The notes under the pieces were generated by a model. It was not told the origin of the DNA. It did not search any database and saw only the letters and a list, made by a program, of their open reading frames with translations. Below, piece after piece: positions 1 to 14,891 of a stretch of DNA of 64,000 nucleotides. Both the position numbers and the translations under genes were made by a program. The first letter of the stretch is position 1. Each line of letters opens with the position of its first letter. The DNA comes from the human T2T-CHM13v2.0 reference genome, Homo sapiens, in assembly GCF_009914755.1 (NCBI RefSeq), contig NC_060945.1; one strand, written 5' to 3'.

Positions 1-435
1 AGATCAATATACTATAATGACTTGGGAATATGCCCAGAACATACTTTATTTTGGAGAAAAAAAAAAGAGCAAACGTCAAATTGGAAGGTTTAGTATGACC
101 TAATTTTGGTTGAAATATACAATAAGCATGTGTAATAACAAATTACAGGATTTCAGCTGATGCATATCAAATAGCTTGAATCATTTATAATCATTATCTC
201 AGCAGCATGAACTTGAAGTATAAGAATAAAAAACTAATCTTTTACTTGTGATACTTTGTATTACTCAAAGTCATTATAACCAGCAAGAAATACTTAGTAA
301 TTATAAAGTAATTAATTGTTGTCAGTTAAAAAAATAAAGAGAACAGAAAGAGCATTCTAATATCCTTGCACATAAAATATTTCAAGGGGTAGCTCTGTTA
401 TTTCAAAAATAATCATGCTTCTAAGACAGTAGTGA

Positions 436-558
436 GAGTCATGATGTGCAACCATACAAGTTGTGTGCTACACAATTCTAGGGACATCACTATACAGGTT
501 ACTCTTTAAATGGCACCTCCTAGAGTTGTACAGTGTATAACCAGACGAGTGGTAGGTA
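436..558. mobile_element. MER91-like hAT-Tip100 MITE (degenerate palindrome)
   Basis: Arms 'caagttgtgtgctacacaattctaggg' and 'cctcctagagttgtacagtgtataacc' are imperfect inverted repeats resembling the recalled MER91A consensus. Confidence 0.6.
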
Positions 559-1353
559 ATAGTGCTGTTAAGAGATACTTCAATGAACAGCGAAGATTCT
601 AGAATGTCTAAGAAATTATTTCTCTTGCTACAGATCAAAATGGTAAAATAACAGTCTTGGAACCTGAAATTCTTAGATGCCAGCTCTTTCCTCAGATTGG
701 ATGAAAAGCAGGGACAGTAGTCTTGAAAAAATTAGGTCACCACATGGCATTCAGATGCTCAGTTGGGTACCCTCAGGTTTGTATCCTGGCTGTCTATTCA
801 CTGGTGACTCAACTCTAAGGCCCTGGATCTCTGGGCAGCTACTGTCTGCTAATATGTTACAGTTAAGGTTTTACATCAGGTTCTATAGAGAATTAAATGC
901 AAACTACATGTAGCTGTCACAAAGTTTTTGCTGTGTAGATAGGCTATTGGCCAGGCTGTTGTGCCCAGAGAGGCATCTGCACTTAGATTTCCTATAGAGT
1001 TGACAGGTATTTTCAGATATGCCTCATTTAAAAAAACAACTAAATTTTGACTGAAAAATTGTGTCTTCTGTTTGGGATTTAATAACTACTCTGTTAATGG
1101 AAGCCACCTAATGAAATAGTAGCATTAGTTTCAAAGCAAAGATTAAGACACATGAATGTAAAGTATTAACAGGCATAGAATATATTTTTTAACATAAAAA
1201 ATACTGTTTCTGTCTGAAATAACCAACATTCTTTCTTTGTCTTTAAAGGTGGTCATGCAGAATTTTTGACACAGGTTGTCTTATTAGTATTGGCTTCTAA
1301 GAATTCTTCATTCACTATAAAAGCTTAAGAAGAACATATTAAAATTGATAATT

Positions 1354-1861
<508 letters not shown>

Positions 1862-2344
1862 TTATGGAATTTGCTTTGATAAATATATATGCATGTCATA
1901 TTAATCTTGAACATCATAGCTCTTGGTACTTTTTGGACCCTGAGTGATTTTGCCAATACAATCCTAAAACATATAATGATATGCCATGTATTTTGATTTT
2001 AATTTAAATATTTTTAACACTGGCCTTAATTTTAGCAGGAACAATCAGTAAATATTTAACTATAGCTATTAACGCATACATATACTTAGTCATAATACAT
2101 ATGGATTTTATAAAGGGAGAAGAAAGAAAACACATAAAACTATGCCTTTGTTATATCAATTTTCTTTGCATAATTAAAACTTAATGCTATTTACCAGCCT
2201 CATACTGATCACAGGTGGCTGAAAATTTCTTCATATCAAATTTATTCTATTAATAATATATAGTATGTGACAGTTTTCTAGGGAAAGCTGTTACCAAAAA
2301 GGTAGAAAATGAAACTTACTTTAAAGTTAACTTATTAAATAATC

Positions 2345-2550
2345 AATTCAAAATCTAAAAGATGCAAGAATTTCCAGCAATATAGCCATCAACATTGTCA
2401 TTGTTTCAATGGTAATGGGAGCATAATATCAGAGTGTGTATATAAATTGAATGTAGTGTGTATATGTGTATATATTCAAAACACGATAATCAGTTTCACT
2501 ACTTACACAATTTTTTCTAAGTTTAAAAGTTGTTCAAAATAAAGTTTAAA
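2345..2550 (+). mobile_element. Possible old L1ME 3'-end fragment
   Basis: Ends in 'ttttctaagtttaaaagttgttcaaaataaagtttaaa', resembling L1ME termini; highly diverged. Confidence 0.4.
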
Positions 2551-4200
2551 TATATCTACTATATTAATACATTTATTATGCTTGCTAATAATTAGTAAAT
2601 ACTGAACCACTGCCCTGTGCATGAATACACATTCACCTGACATTTGAGAGAATTCTTTTGCAAAGTTTACTAAGGAAAAACAATTTAGCTAGCCTTGATT
2701 GATAGAAGTAGAAGTAGACTTTTTATAGTAGAATGCATGATGAAAGGAAGAATGTTATTTGATAGTGAGAAAAAAGAAGGTGGACTGAGAGTGATATAGA
2801 ACCTAATCTTATCAAAAAATAGGGAGTTGGTCTTAAATTTGACATCAAGGGGATTTGAGATGATGTAGAGAGGAAGTCAAAGCCACTCATGTGACATTAG
2901 GTGATAAAACGTGGGAAAAGGAAATGCTGTCCTTCGAGTCATGCAAATAATTTTTGAATGGTTCATTACATTGGCTTTCACCCCTCCCAAACGAGTCTCT
3001 GTTACTGCCCCACCCTATCTGATCTTGCCATTACTATCTGTTGGTAATTTTCCACAGCACTAGATTCCAAAACATACACATATGTCTGCATTTGACACCC
3101 TTAGAATTCTCCCAGCAAAGGCAGATTCCCATGCAAAGTAAATCAAAAGAAATTAAAAGAAAGCTTAGCCAATTCCTCACACAACCTGTTGCTTGGTTTT
3201 TGTTAGACCTGCCCAGATAATCCTCAGGTCTTGGGAAGAAGGAGAGTTGCTCATTTTCATGGATAGAATACTTGCAGTTTGTGCATATGGCATGTTTCTC
3301 CATGATTAAGAATGGTTACATTCATTTGGAAAAAGGGATCCTGAAGTGCACCACAGTTCACTTTTCTTCCTGATTGCTCTCAGCTTGTGTGCTGGGTAGT
3401 AGTCCAATTTTCCTTCATTTAGTTTAATTAATCTTCCTATAACACCAATATAAATGGTTCTCTGTTAAAGTCTCAACAGTGGTGCGACAATGTGTTTCCT
3501 GCTTTGCAGTTGTAATTCACTTAAAACCGAGAGAAATATTTATATTATAAATGAGATTTCTGATGTATTATCCTCATCTTTTAAGAAAAGAGATTAAATC
3601 AATTTTAGTTGATTTGATAGTTTTATTTTCACTGAATCCCTGAAGCTCATGGCTCATTACTAATTAAATTATATTTTGTAGATTAAATTATATCATTTCA
3701 ATCCAAATTCTACTTCCCTTCCCCACTATAGAATAAATGTATCCAATGTAGTATAAAGCTGAATTTTATTGGTTATTTTTTTAATTTAGTTAGATTAATA
3801 ATTTAATAAATTTTTCTATTTATGTTGATTAACACAATGTGTTACAAAATTCTATTTTGCTGACAATCAATAGTGTACTTCTGAACATATTTCTTATTAT
3901 TGCTGGAAATATTAAGTTTCAGAATGCTTTTCCTGTGGAAATTTTTTTGTTTTGTGAGGTTTTAATTGCTTTCAGAAATCTTTCAGACATTAAAAATGTT
4001 GCAAATTAAGACAAATTCTTCTCTGATCTAAAATAATCCTGATCACTTCATAACAAACATGTAGAAAGAAGGTCATTAACTACACTTTACAGAGAATGGA
4101 AAACAGTTTATATTAACACTTTGTGTAAATCATCTTAGCTGTGCCTGTTTTTCTGCACCATTATTTAGTGCTTACTTTATTTTTTCTGCATTGCTTAGGC

Positions 4201-4384
4201 CAGAAGATCCCAAATAATATCATGATTTAGAGTTACCTTGGGAGATTGTAAAATGCATGTTTCCAGGCCTACTCTCAGAAATTCTAAATCAGTAGTTCCA
4301 GTTTATAGTTTGGAAATCTATCATTTTAGTGATGACTGTCAATTATTAAAATGCAATTTGTAGATTACACATGAAGGAATACTA
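4201..4384. mobile_element. MER5A-like hAT-Charlie MITE
   Basis: 'agagttaccttgggagattgtaaaatgcatgtttccaggcctactctcagaaattctaaatcagtag' matches the MER5A core. Confidence 0.7.
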
Positions 4385-4439
4385 AGAAGGAAAAATATGT
4401 TTTTGAGTATTTCTCAGTTAGAACCATTACATAGATAGA

Positions 4440-4590
4440 TTTTCTGTTTTCTCTCCACTAGAATGTCAACTCCCTGGTCGAAAGGAAGATATTTCATTCA
4501 TATTTACTATTCTATTCTCAAACACTAGGACCTGATCTATTCTAGGTGCTAAATACATCATTGCTGAATAAATAATAATGTGAATAATAA
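4440..4590 (+). mobile_element. L2 3'-end fragment
   Basis: 'ctccactagaatgtcaactcc...taggtgctaaatacatcattgctgaataaat' resembles the L2 3' terminus. Confidence 0.7.
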
Positions 4591-4974
4591 ATAAAATGTG
4601 ACTGCGTCTGTTTTCTACTTTGCTTTTGACAGTTGCTCAGGGTGAGGTCTTATTTGTATCCACTTCCATGAAACACAATGACATTTGTAGAAAACTCCAC
4701 ATAACTGTTGCTTGGTTTATTATACCTAACAGCACTACAGTTAGTATCCTTGTGATACTCCTCTTTTCAGTGAATGTGAACAGAAAAAAGAAGAAAGAGG
4801 AATAGCAGATATTTGTGATATTTAAAACAGATGCTTTTGTAGTGAAATTGTTTAAGGATTCATGTGTGGTTCTCATTGAGGAACAGAGTCCCAAACTTGT
4901 TTTTCTTTTGCATATACTTCATTCATAGAGTTCATGGAACAGTTCTTAGATTTTACTTTCAGCACATCCACCAC

Positions 4975-5619
4975 CAGGGTCGGGTATATAATTCCTTAGG
5001 CTCAGTGCAAAATAAAATGCAGTGTCCCTACCATATTAGGGGAAGTCAATCTTCATTTCTTACAGGTGAAAAGTTCCAAAGGATCAAAACCTCCACATAA
5101 GATGTGCTTGGAACGTGGAGTGGGGGTGTGGAAGAATCTCCTGTTAAGTTGCCCACCAAATGCACCATGGGGCATGACATAGCTGGGGTAGTGATGGACC
5201 TCACTCTGACTCTTCCCAGGCCTACTCCCAAGTTCCTCATAGAGGACAAAGGGCAAAAGATACTTCCCTTTCAACATAACCTGACCTAGTGACTGTCCTG
5301 GATGGAGGCTGGCAGTGGTGGCAGGGTGGGGAGGGGGAGGGATCATGGGTTCCAGAGGATGGAGAACAAAGGCAGCCAAGAATGCATTCTAAGCAGTGGC
5401 AAAAAATGGAACCACATAAGAGCTGAGACTCTAATCCCTCAGTGCATGTTTCATGATCTCATAGGTCTTTACTTACACAACACAAATTCAAACATAAAGT
5501 TATTCAGAATGTCTCTTCTCAGGTGGTGAAATCAAAAAATTAAACTCCAAGCACAAGGTTCTTTGGGGCACTGACCCTGTGTGCCTGCCAGTGGCCACAA
5601 GTGTGTGAAGCAGGCTTTA
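4975..5619 (-). mobile_element. MER45-family (long form) hAT-Tip100 DNA transposon
   Basis: Both termini match the reverse complement of MER45 ends ('cagggtcgggtatataatt..cagtgcaaaataaaatgc' and 'ccctgtgtgcctgcc..tgtgaagcaggcttta'); degenerate 8-bp TSD tccaccac/tctaccat. Confidence 0.7.
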
Positions 5620-5650
5620 TCTACCATCCCGGGGGATGGAGTTTTCCTAC

Positions 5651-5815
5651 TGTCTTTGTTTTGTGTTTCTATAACAGAATACTCGAGCCTGCGTAATTTA
5701 AAAAGAAAATTTATTTAGCTTGTGATTCTGGTGGCTGGAAGGTTCAAGATGGGCAGCTGCATCTGGTAAGGCCATCAGGCTGCTTCAACTCATGGTGGAA
5801 AATGGAAGAGGAAAC
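5651..5815 (-). mobile_element. MaLR LTR fragment (MSTC/MSTD/MLT1A-like)
   Basis: 'ctataacagaatactcgagcctgcgtaattt...ttctggtggctggaaggttcaagat...catctggtaagg' is the reverse of a MaLR LTR 3' part. Confidence 0.7.
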
Positions 5816-5936
5816 TCTTAGATTCTATTATAATCTACATTCAAATCTGAGAAGTATTTCATCTTTTGTTTCTGTCACAATCCCTCCTTAACATTCCTGT
5901 ACACTAAGATTTTCATGTAGTGTTAATCAATGCTAA

Positions 5937-6252
<316 letters not shown>

Positions 6253-6574
6253 ACTACTAAAATATTTCTTCATGTCACTCTTGTGTAATAGCAATCCTAC
6301 TTTTTTTTTTTTGTAATCAAATCAATTATTCCAAACATAAGGTTCAGGTAGTACAGCTTCCTATACTTGGGATAATTTGGATGTCTTTTCTTTTCCTAGA
6401 TCCATTGAAAGTTACTAGCCATAGAATTACTAAGTAAAAAGGGCCAAGTTATCATTCCCTTATATACTTTATGCTGCTCCCTAACTAAAAAAGTTTTCCA
6501 AGGATAGCTATGGGTTTCTACTTTATCTTACTACCAAAATAAATAAAATAAATCAATGGAATTGGGGGGAAAAA

Positions 6575-7600
<1,026 letters not shown>

Positions 7601-8437
7601 TAATTTTAAAAAGTCGTGCTGTCTTATATGAAAAAGTTATATGATGATGAGTAATACAACCATAGCACATGTTAAAGTAACAGAAAACATGGATGATACT
7701 TAGAGACTTGAGAATGATTGATAGTATACTATGTGTACTACCATGTCAAAGCAGTCATCTTCACCGTGCATATGCTTTCCCATCTTAAAGAATAAGAATG
7801 TGATACTCTCATCACTTTTCAACAGTTAAGCCATTTTATATCTTTATTAAATTGTATTCTTTAGATAGCATTTGATTTTAACACGAGGTTGTTTTATATA
7901 TATATGGTCAAACAACATCTATTTTATCAAACTGCTTGACAACATTTAGTAATTCCTGTACTGTAAAATAAACTTTTCTATTTTAAACAGGACTTACACA
8001 TCAGAAAAAGATGAGAAAACTTCCACTAAATTCAGGGTGAAGTTGTATGTACTTATAATCCTACGTACTGTACATTGTAACTTAGTTTAGCAATATTTTT
8101 CTCATCACGGTTTTTGTATAATAAATTGAAGATAATCTTCACCCAAGAGGTGGGTACAGGATTCTCGGCTTCAACAGAATCAGTAAGAGTAACTGGCTAA
8201 TTACTGTTTTGTTTACCTGAAAACACTCAACGCGTCTGGTTTTACACTCCTGTGTCAAGATGTAATAAGATGCGTTAAAACCAGAAGAGTTTAAATCAAC
8301 CAAGCAAGACAAATATTTAACATGAAAAGCCTGCATAAAAGATGGTAAATCTCACTATATTTCTCATTATTTTGATGGAAATCCACAGTATTACATACAT
8401 TGTTGTTTTTATAGAATTTTATTAAGAACTAGGACTA

Positions 8438-8706
8438 GACCAGGCGCGGTAGCTCACGCCTGTAATCCCAACACTTTGGGAGGCCAAGGCAAGAGATGGA
8501 GACCATCCTGGCCTACACAGTGAAACCCCGTCTCTACTAAAAAAAATACAAAAAATTAGCCAGGCGTGGTGATGCGCACCTGTAGTCCCAGCTACTCAGG
8601 AGGCTGAGGCAGGAGATTGGCGTGAACCCGAAAGGCGGAGGTTGCTGTGAGCTGAGATCGATCGCGCCACTGCACTGCAGCCTGGGTGACAGAGTAAGAC
8701 TCCATA

Positions 8707-8746
<40 letters not shown>
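8438..8746 (+). mobile_element. AluSc/Y-like with ~17-bp left-arm deletion and (AC)n tail
   Basis: 'aggccaaggc|aagagatggagacc' lacks gggcggatcacgaggtc; TSD aactaggacta (8427-8437) / aactaggaata (8747-8757). Confidence 0.93.
8709..8746 (+). repeat. (AC)19 microsatellite replacing the Alu tail
   Basis: Direct reading. Confidence 0.97.
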
Positions 8747-8748
<2 letters not shown>

Positions 8749-9419
8749 CTAGGAATAGGAATATGACAAGATTGTGTTGTTTTTCACATGAGAGATTTAA
8801 ATCAAAGTAATGAAAGTATTAAGAAATGCGTTATTTTGTGTGTGTGACAATATTCAGGAAATACAACAAATTTTACTAATTAAAATAACTTTGAAGTATG
8901 AAAGCAAATTTTGCAAACAATTTGCATGCTTCTAAACTGACGTTTTAGGGCATTCTTAATAAATCTAAATAAAGTTTAACTTTAAGAAAATTTTGATCTA
9001 ATGAAATTGGAGTTTCTGAAATTCTTACGCTTTATATTGATGTATCTTCTTTGTTGTTACTTTAGGTTATGATGTGTCGATTACTGTTGCAACTGTGTAT
9101 TTATTATTTTGAGTAATAAAAGTACATGTTTTATCTCAGTTGGGCAAATTGAACGTATATTACTTCCTTGAGGTACTAAAATGTGTAATTACATTTTCAA
9201 AATGATTTTGAAAGCATATTAGCATCTTAATGTAGAAATACTTCTAAATGCAGAAACAGGCATTGAGGCAGCAATATATAGCTCACTTGAAATACAGACC
9301 AGTTAAACTGAATAGGATAGCTACAAAAACACAAAAACAAACAACAACTGATGTTTAAAATAAAGAATACCTGTGTCATCTCATTAGGTAAGAAGACTTT
9401 AGAGAAAACTCAGCAGAGG

Positions 9420-9625
9420 TGTTATAGCATAAATTACAGGTTTTGGTATCAGAACCCCACTCTTAGAAGTACTACAACCTTGCAGAAATTACCTAACAGC
9501 TCTAAGTTCAAGTTTCATCAGTTATAAATTTGTAGCAAATACCTCATTGAGTTGTTAGAAGACAAAACAAATTAAAGCATTCAAAGCATTTGCCATTGCC
9601 AAGCATTGAGTAGTTGCTCCAAAGG
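9420..9625 (+). mobile_element. MIR
   Basis: Core 'accttgcagaaattacctaacagctctaagttcaagtttcatcagttataaa...acctcattgagttgttagaagac'. Confidence 0.65.
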
Positions 9626-9800
9626 AAAACAGTATAAGGAGGTAAGTATAAAAAAAAATTAGGGAGCATATGGCTGGCCATACTATTCAGAGAAATCTGT
9701 TTGCCTTTTTGCTAATCTAGTTGGCACAGAGGTCAGCTAATTTATTTTTCACTCATTAGAACTATTAATACTTTTGTTGCTAACTAACAAACAGTATCCC

Positions 9801-9940
9801 AGCTGGGCATGATGGCATGCACCTGTATTCCCAGCTACTTGGAAGGCTGAGACAGGAGGGTCCCTTGAACTCAGGACTTTGAAGCCAGCCTAGGCAACAT
9901 AGTGAGATGCCCATCTTGAAAATAATATTTTTTAAAAAAA
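9801..9940 (+). mobile_element. FLAM_A-like free Alu monomer
   Basis: Single ~120-bp monomer; TSD aaacagtatccc (9789-9800) / aaacagaatccc (9938-9949). Confidence 0.85.
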
Positions 9941-10813
9941 CAGAATCCCTATGGGAATCTATTTCAAGTTAAAAAAGGCGTAAGTTAAGGAAAAAGTGTA
10001 AAAAATATTTATTGAAGTTAAGCATTAAAACGCTAAGAGCATACTTTACCATGCCTTGCAATGATGCTGCAGAACGGACTATAGTGATATGACACATGGG
10101 CTATAGGTACTCTCATTTATTAAACATAACTTTGTCATTTGCCAACACCTGCTAAAGTCTATACCAAGGAGCTGCTTAAGGGGGATCACTTTGAAAGTAT
10201 AGAAAATTGTATTCTTTTTATGTGTTCTTCATGAATAAAGCCCCCTTGAATTCTGAAATCCTTTCATTCCTGTCAGTTAGTGCCAACTCTAGTCAGAACC
10301 ACCTACACCCAGAATCTTAGCCAGCTATGCATAACACTTTGCCCTTAGCCATCAGAAAAGATCAAGCCTCTGAACAAATGAGTGCAGGACTTACCTTAAG
10401 TGCCAGTTATTGAAACTTGGATGTAAACCAAACCCCAAAAATGCTAGCTATGGATTCTGTGTTTTTTTTTTAAACCAAGAATGTATCATCTTGATCCAAT
10501 TATTTTCCAAAGGGATTCTGGGGTGAAACTCAGAGGCAGTAACATATTTTTCTCCCAAAATAAACAAATAGACTTGACACCAAGAGAGAAACGTTGTAAA
10601 TTTAATCCTTTCCCAAATAAGAAGGCATGAGTTCAGAGGGTATGATTTTCTATCCATCTTGATTGTGCTGTTTTAAAACCAGAAAGTGATATCCTGATTT
10701 CCCAAACTAATTTTAGATAGTTATTGTAAACGGATGATTTGAGCTGTCATTGTACTATCTGTGGAGTAATTAACCTATCAGTTCTTGTTCTAACATACAA
10801 TTTGTATGGACTC

Positions 10814-11107
10814 TGTATTAGCCTGTTCTTACGCTGCTAATAAAGACATACCCAAGACTGGGCAATTTATAAAGGAAAGAGGTTTAATCGACTAACACGT
10901 CCTACATGGCCACAGGCAAGAGAGAGCTTGTGCAGGGGAACTCCCATTTATAAAACCATCAGATCTCAAGAGACGTATTCACTACCATGAGAACAGTATG
11001 GGGGAACCACCCCCATGATTCAGTTATCTTCTGGCACCACCTTTGACACACGGTGATTATTACAGTTCAAAGTGAGACTTGGGTGGGGACACAGCCAAAC
11101 CATATCA
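10814..11107 (-). mobile_element. THE1C-like solo LTR with internal deletion
   Basis: TG...CA termini (tgtattag...catatca), perfect 5-bp TSD gactc, THE1 sequence. Confidence 0.93.
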
Positions 11108-11764
11108 GACTCCATATATTTTGAAATGTGAAAATATAAGCTATACACACAAGTAACAGGTCTAATAACAACTACCAAAGGAACAATGACTAGACTTACT
11201 TCTGAAGCTTTTTAAAAATTTATTTCCATTTGACATAGTATACCTAAATCTCAGAAATTGTGCCACTGGGAACTAAGTGGCTTAATTCCATGCATTAATG
11301 TGAAATAGGTAGTCAACAGTTGGAAGCTGGCTGGAAGCAAAAGTAGGTGTGAAGATTTAAGTAAGTGTATTTTGCTAGAAGGAAAGAAAGTGGGAAAGAA
11401 GATGAGATTAGGAACTGAAAACTGGACTTAGCCCAGAAACAAAATAGCAGCTGGATGTCACCACTTTGAATTTTAGGATTTTGCAAGAAATATAAGCAAT
11501 GGCTGCCGAAATTGGGAGCACCACTAAAATATTTTAACTAAAGTGGTCCAAACCCACTAATGTCAAAATAATTCATTTAATGCTTACATATACAAAACAT
11601 AAGGAGTAGATATATTTTAGTGTAACTGTTTAGGGTTGTATATTTTAATATTGATTTTATGTATCCTGTAAATAAAATCAATAAATAGAAATGGATCTTG
11701 AAAAAATGCAATACTTCTTTTTAATTAAAGAATTTGTTGATGATAAAAAATACACCTGTCCTAT

Positions 11765-11981
11765 TTTTTAAATTTATTTTTAATTGACATATAAAATTAT
11801 GTGTGTTTATCATGCATAACATAATGTTTTGAAGTACATACACATTGTAGAATGATTAAATGTAGCTAGTTAACAAATGCATTACCTGACGTAGTTATTA
11901 TTAATATGGTGAGAACACTCTCTTAGCATTTTCTAAGAACACAATGCATTATCATTAATTATAGTCACCAAGCGGTTCAAT
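11765..11981 (-). mobile_element. L1MA 3'-end fragment
   Basis: 'ttttaattgacatataaaatt...gtacatacacattgtagaatgattaaatgtagctagttaacaaatgcattacc' is an antisense L1MA 3' UTR. Confidence 0.8.
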
Positions 11982-12379
11982 CACGTGTGAGTCATTTTTT
12001 CAGACAAAGTATGCTGATATGAAAAGCCAATATTAAAAATACATTTTAAAATGCTTCATAATGGTTTTGTTGTCGAATGGGCCAATGAGTAAATGACCTT
12101 CCAAAATCTATAGAAAGGAAATTCCTGATTTTCATCTTGAAAGAAGTTTTTCAATGACAAATAGAAATCACCATTATCTTACTGAGGAAGGATTATATGA
12201 TGAAGTGTCTTCTGGTGTCTATTCAAGGAAAGTTTGGAAAGCTTCTCAACTGGGATCTGAAAATCCTAACTTGGGATCAGGTAGACACAGCTTTAATCAA
12301 TACTGTTGTATTATTTTGATATTTCATTTTTTGACTATGTTCTTGGATATGTGTTTTGTTTCACCAAGGACTTCTGCAA

Positions 12380-12659
12380 TTTATTTTTTTTTTTTTATTT
12401 TTTATTTTTTGCTACAGAGTCTCACTGTCACCCAGGCTGGTATGTGGTGGCATGAAGGCCTCTGCCTCCCGGATTCAAGAGATTCTTGTGTCTTAGCCTA
12501 CCAACTAGCTGTGACTACAGGCATACACCACCAGGCCCAGCTAATTTTTATATTTTTAGTAGAGACAGGGTTTCACAATGTTGGCCAGGCTGATCTCAAA
12601 CTAGCCTCAAATGATCCGCCCGCTTTAGCTTCCCAAAGTGTGAGCCACCGTGCCTGGCC
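12380..12659 (-). mobile_element. Old Alu (Sz/J) with several internal deletions
   Basis: Antisense Alu missing segments, e.g. 'caaagtg|tgagccacc'. Confidence 0.9.
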
Positions 12660-14148
12660 TACAATTTCTTGACAGCACTGATTCTTCTCTATCTTCCTAG
12701 GCCTACCAAGGGCCTTTTAGGTGTGTGTTTGACCCTGGCTGTTTTCTGATCTCAGAAACAAAGATCACCCAAGAGCTTTGAGCCACAGGAAGAAGCATAA
12801 CCAAATATATTTCAGATTATCTAAATGTCCATTAAACACTACACTAATCTTGGGTTATTGTGTGAGGTCTTGAAACATGAGGTCTTAATCATGTCCAAAT
12901 TAGTAATTGTATGATGGAAAATAATCTGCAATCTCTTTCTCAAAATTGTTTTCTAAAAAAAAACACTGAGGGCTTTTTTATTATTTGAAAAAGGCAGTTA
13001 TGAATCACTAAACAGAAATTAAAGCATTTTAAAGATTATTATTTTAGGAATTTTTTACTTGAAAAGTACTAAATAAAGACAAGTAGCATTTAAACAAAGA
13101 AAATTATGTTTAATAATTCTGTTGTTGAAAGCTTTATTTTAAAAAAATTGTGGCTATATTTTTAAGTATTTTTAATCAACTCCAGTATTGATATAAAGTT
13201 GGCACATTCATTTGTTTGTGATGTACTGTTTTTGCTGTTGGTGGTGGTAGTAGTAGTATTTTTAGCAGCCTTACTCTGAAATCTGGAATGAGAAAGACTT
13301 GAACTTTTATGATTGATAATGAACAAAATAATTGATTGGTAAAACAACTGTTAGTAATGGCATTTTTTTATTGCAGATCTTCTCTTTTAGAATTGGGTAT
13401 AAAGTGATATGCTAAATGTCTTTTAATTTTACATACAAGCAATCAAAGGAGAAATGGCTTGGCGTTCAGATCAGCATGTCAGAGATAGGTGAAGTTACAC
13501 TGGTGTGTTGGGTGTTTCCTGATGAATATCTCTGAAGACAATGGAGAAATGACACACATGAGACATTTCCAGCAGACCTGAGTTAACTCTACGCAGCTCA
13601 GCAGGACTCCATTCATCTGCCTCACAACACCACCAAATCACCACAAAATATTTATTTAAATTAGAATACAATATATTGGATTCTTTTGAAAAATTCACAA
13701 TATTCTAAATTATATTTTAGAAATTATGCAATAGATAAATGAGAACATAATTACAAAAATAATTTTCAAATTCATTGCATTTATTGTAAACTTTCTTCTT
13801 CCAAGGGTTTGAATGAACAAAGAAAATCACTTTGCCTTTATAACTAATAAATAAATGTAAAAACTTTAACTTTTTGCAAGCTAGATACCAACTGCAGAGA
13901 AGATGAGACCCTGTTTTATGTAAGTGTTGTTAGTACCTGTTCTCATATTTTTTTCTCTTAGAAACAGAGAATAAAAAGCTAAAAACAAAGGTCTCATTAT
14001 ATTGTAATAAAATGGTACTACATAAATCTGTGCTTATCCTGTCTTCACATACTGCAATCCAAGAGGAAAATGAAGCAAGCTGAAAGCCACAAGGGGAATT
14101 CCACACAAAGATAATGCTACAACTACATAGTCATTTAGTATACACATG

Positions 14149-14151
<3 letters not shown>

Positions 14152-14187
<36 letters not shown>
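14152..14187 (+). repeat. (CA)n microsatellite
   Basis: Direct reading. Confidence 0.97.
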
Positions 14188-14189
<2 letters not shown>

Positions 14190-14891
14190 CAAACATATTC
14201 CTAGTCAATAGACATAGAAAGGGAATAAATGGTACATTGCAAACAGCATTGATCTGAAACCTAACATATCCAGATTGCTTCTGTCACTACTTATTACCAT
14301 GGCCTTGGTCATTTTTTACTTCTCCAAGCCTCGGCTTATGCATATGGAAGTGAGAAATCAGATTTGTGGGATTTTCTGCATTTTTTCTGGCTGTGTAAAA
14401 TTGAGCCACCTAATAATGACCATTAATAGATGTCAAACATGCTACCGGGAAATAATTAGGCTCCACAGTCAAGTGCTACTAGGGTGAACACTAGTTAAGA
14501 TTTGAGGGAGTTATAATTTTTTACAACTGTATAAAAATTTTAAGAACAGTAATGTGCCGTAAAATACTGAGAAATAACCTACTTTAGTAGACATTTTTTT
14601 AGTGCTTAAAGAGAAATTTTCACCTTACAAAACCTCAACAGTTGCAATGGACTGATTGTTTTACTCTGTTAGTTTTGCTTAAATATTAATTAAATATTAA
14701 ATATTAGAATTTTCTCTGAGAGCCTGGGAATCTTGATGTTAGTGAAGCTGACCAGTGGAAACATGGGTCATAGTGGGGAATGAAAATGGAATATCATAGT
14801 GACTTACTTTCCTGTGCCTATGTCAGTTTGGAAGCCTCCATTTCAAAAATATATCAGCTTATGTTGCCAATGTTTAGGAAATATATCAGTT

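Noticed and set aside
12154-12672. 172-aa ATG-initiated ORF
   Set aside because: The second half is an antisense Alu and its poly-T; the first half has no recognisable homology or coding signal
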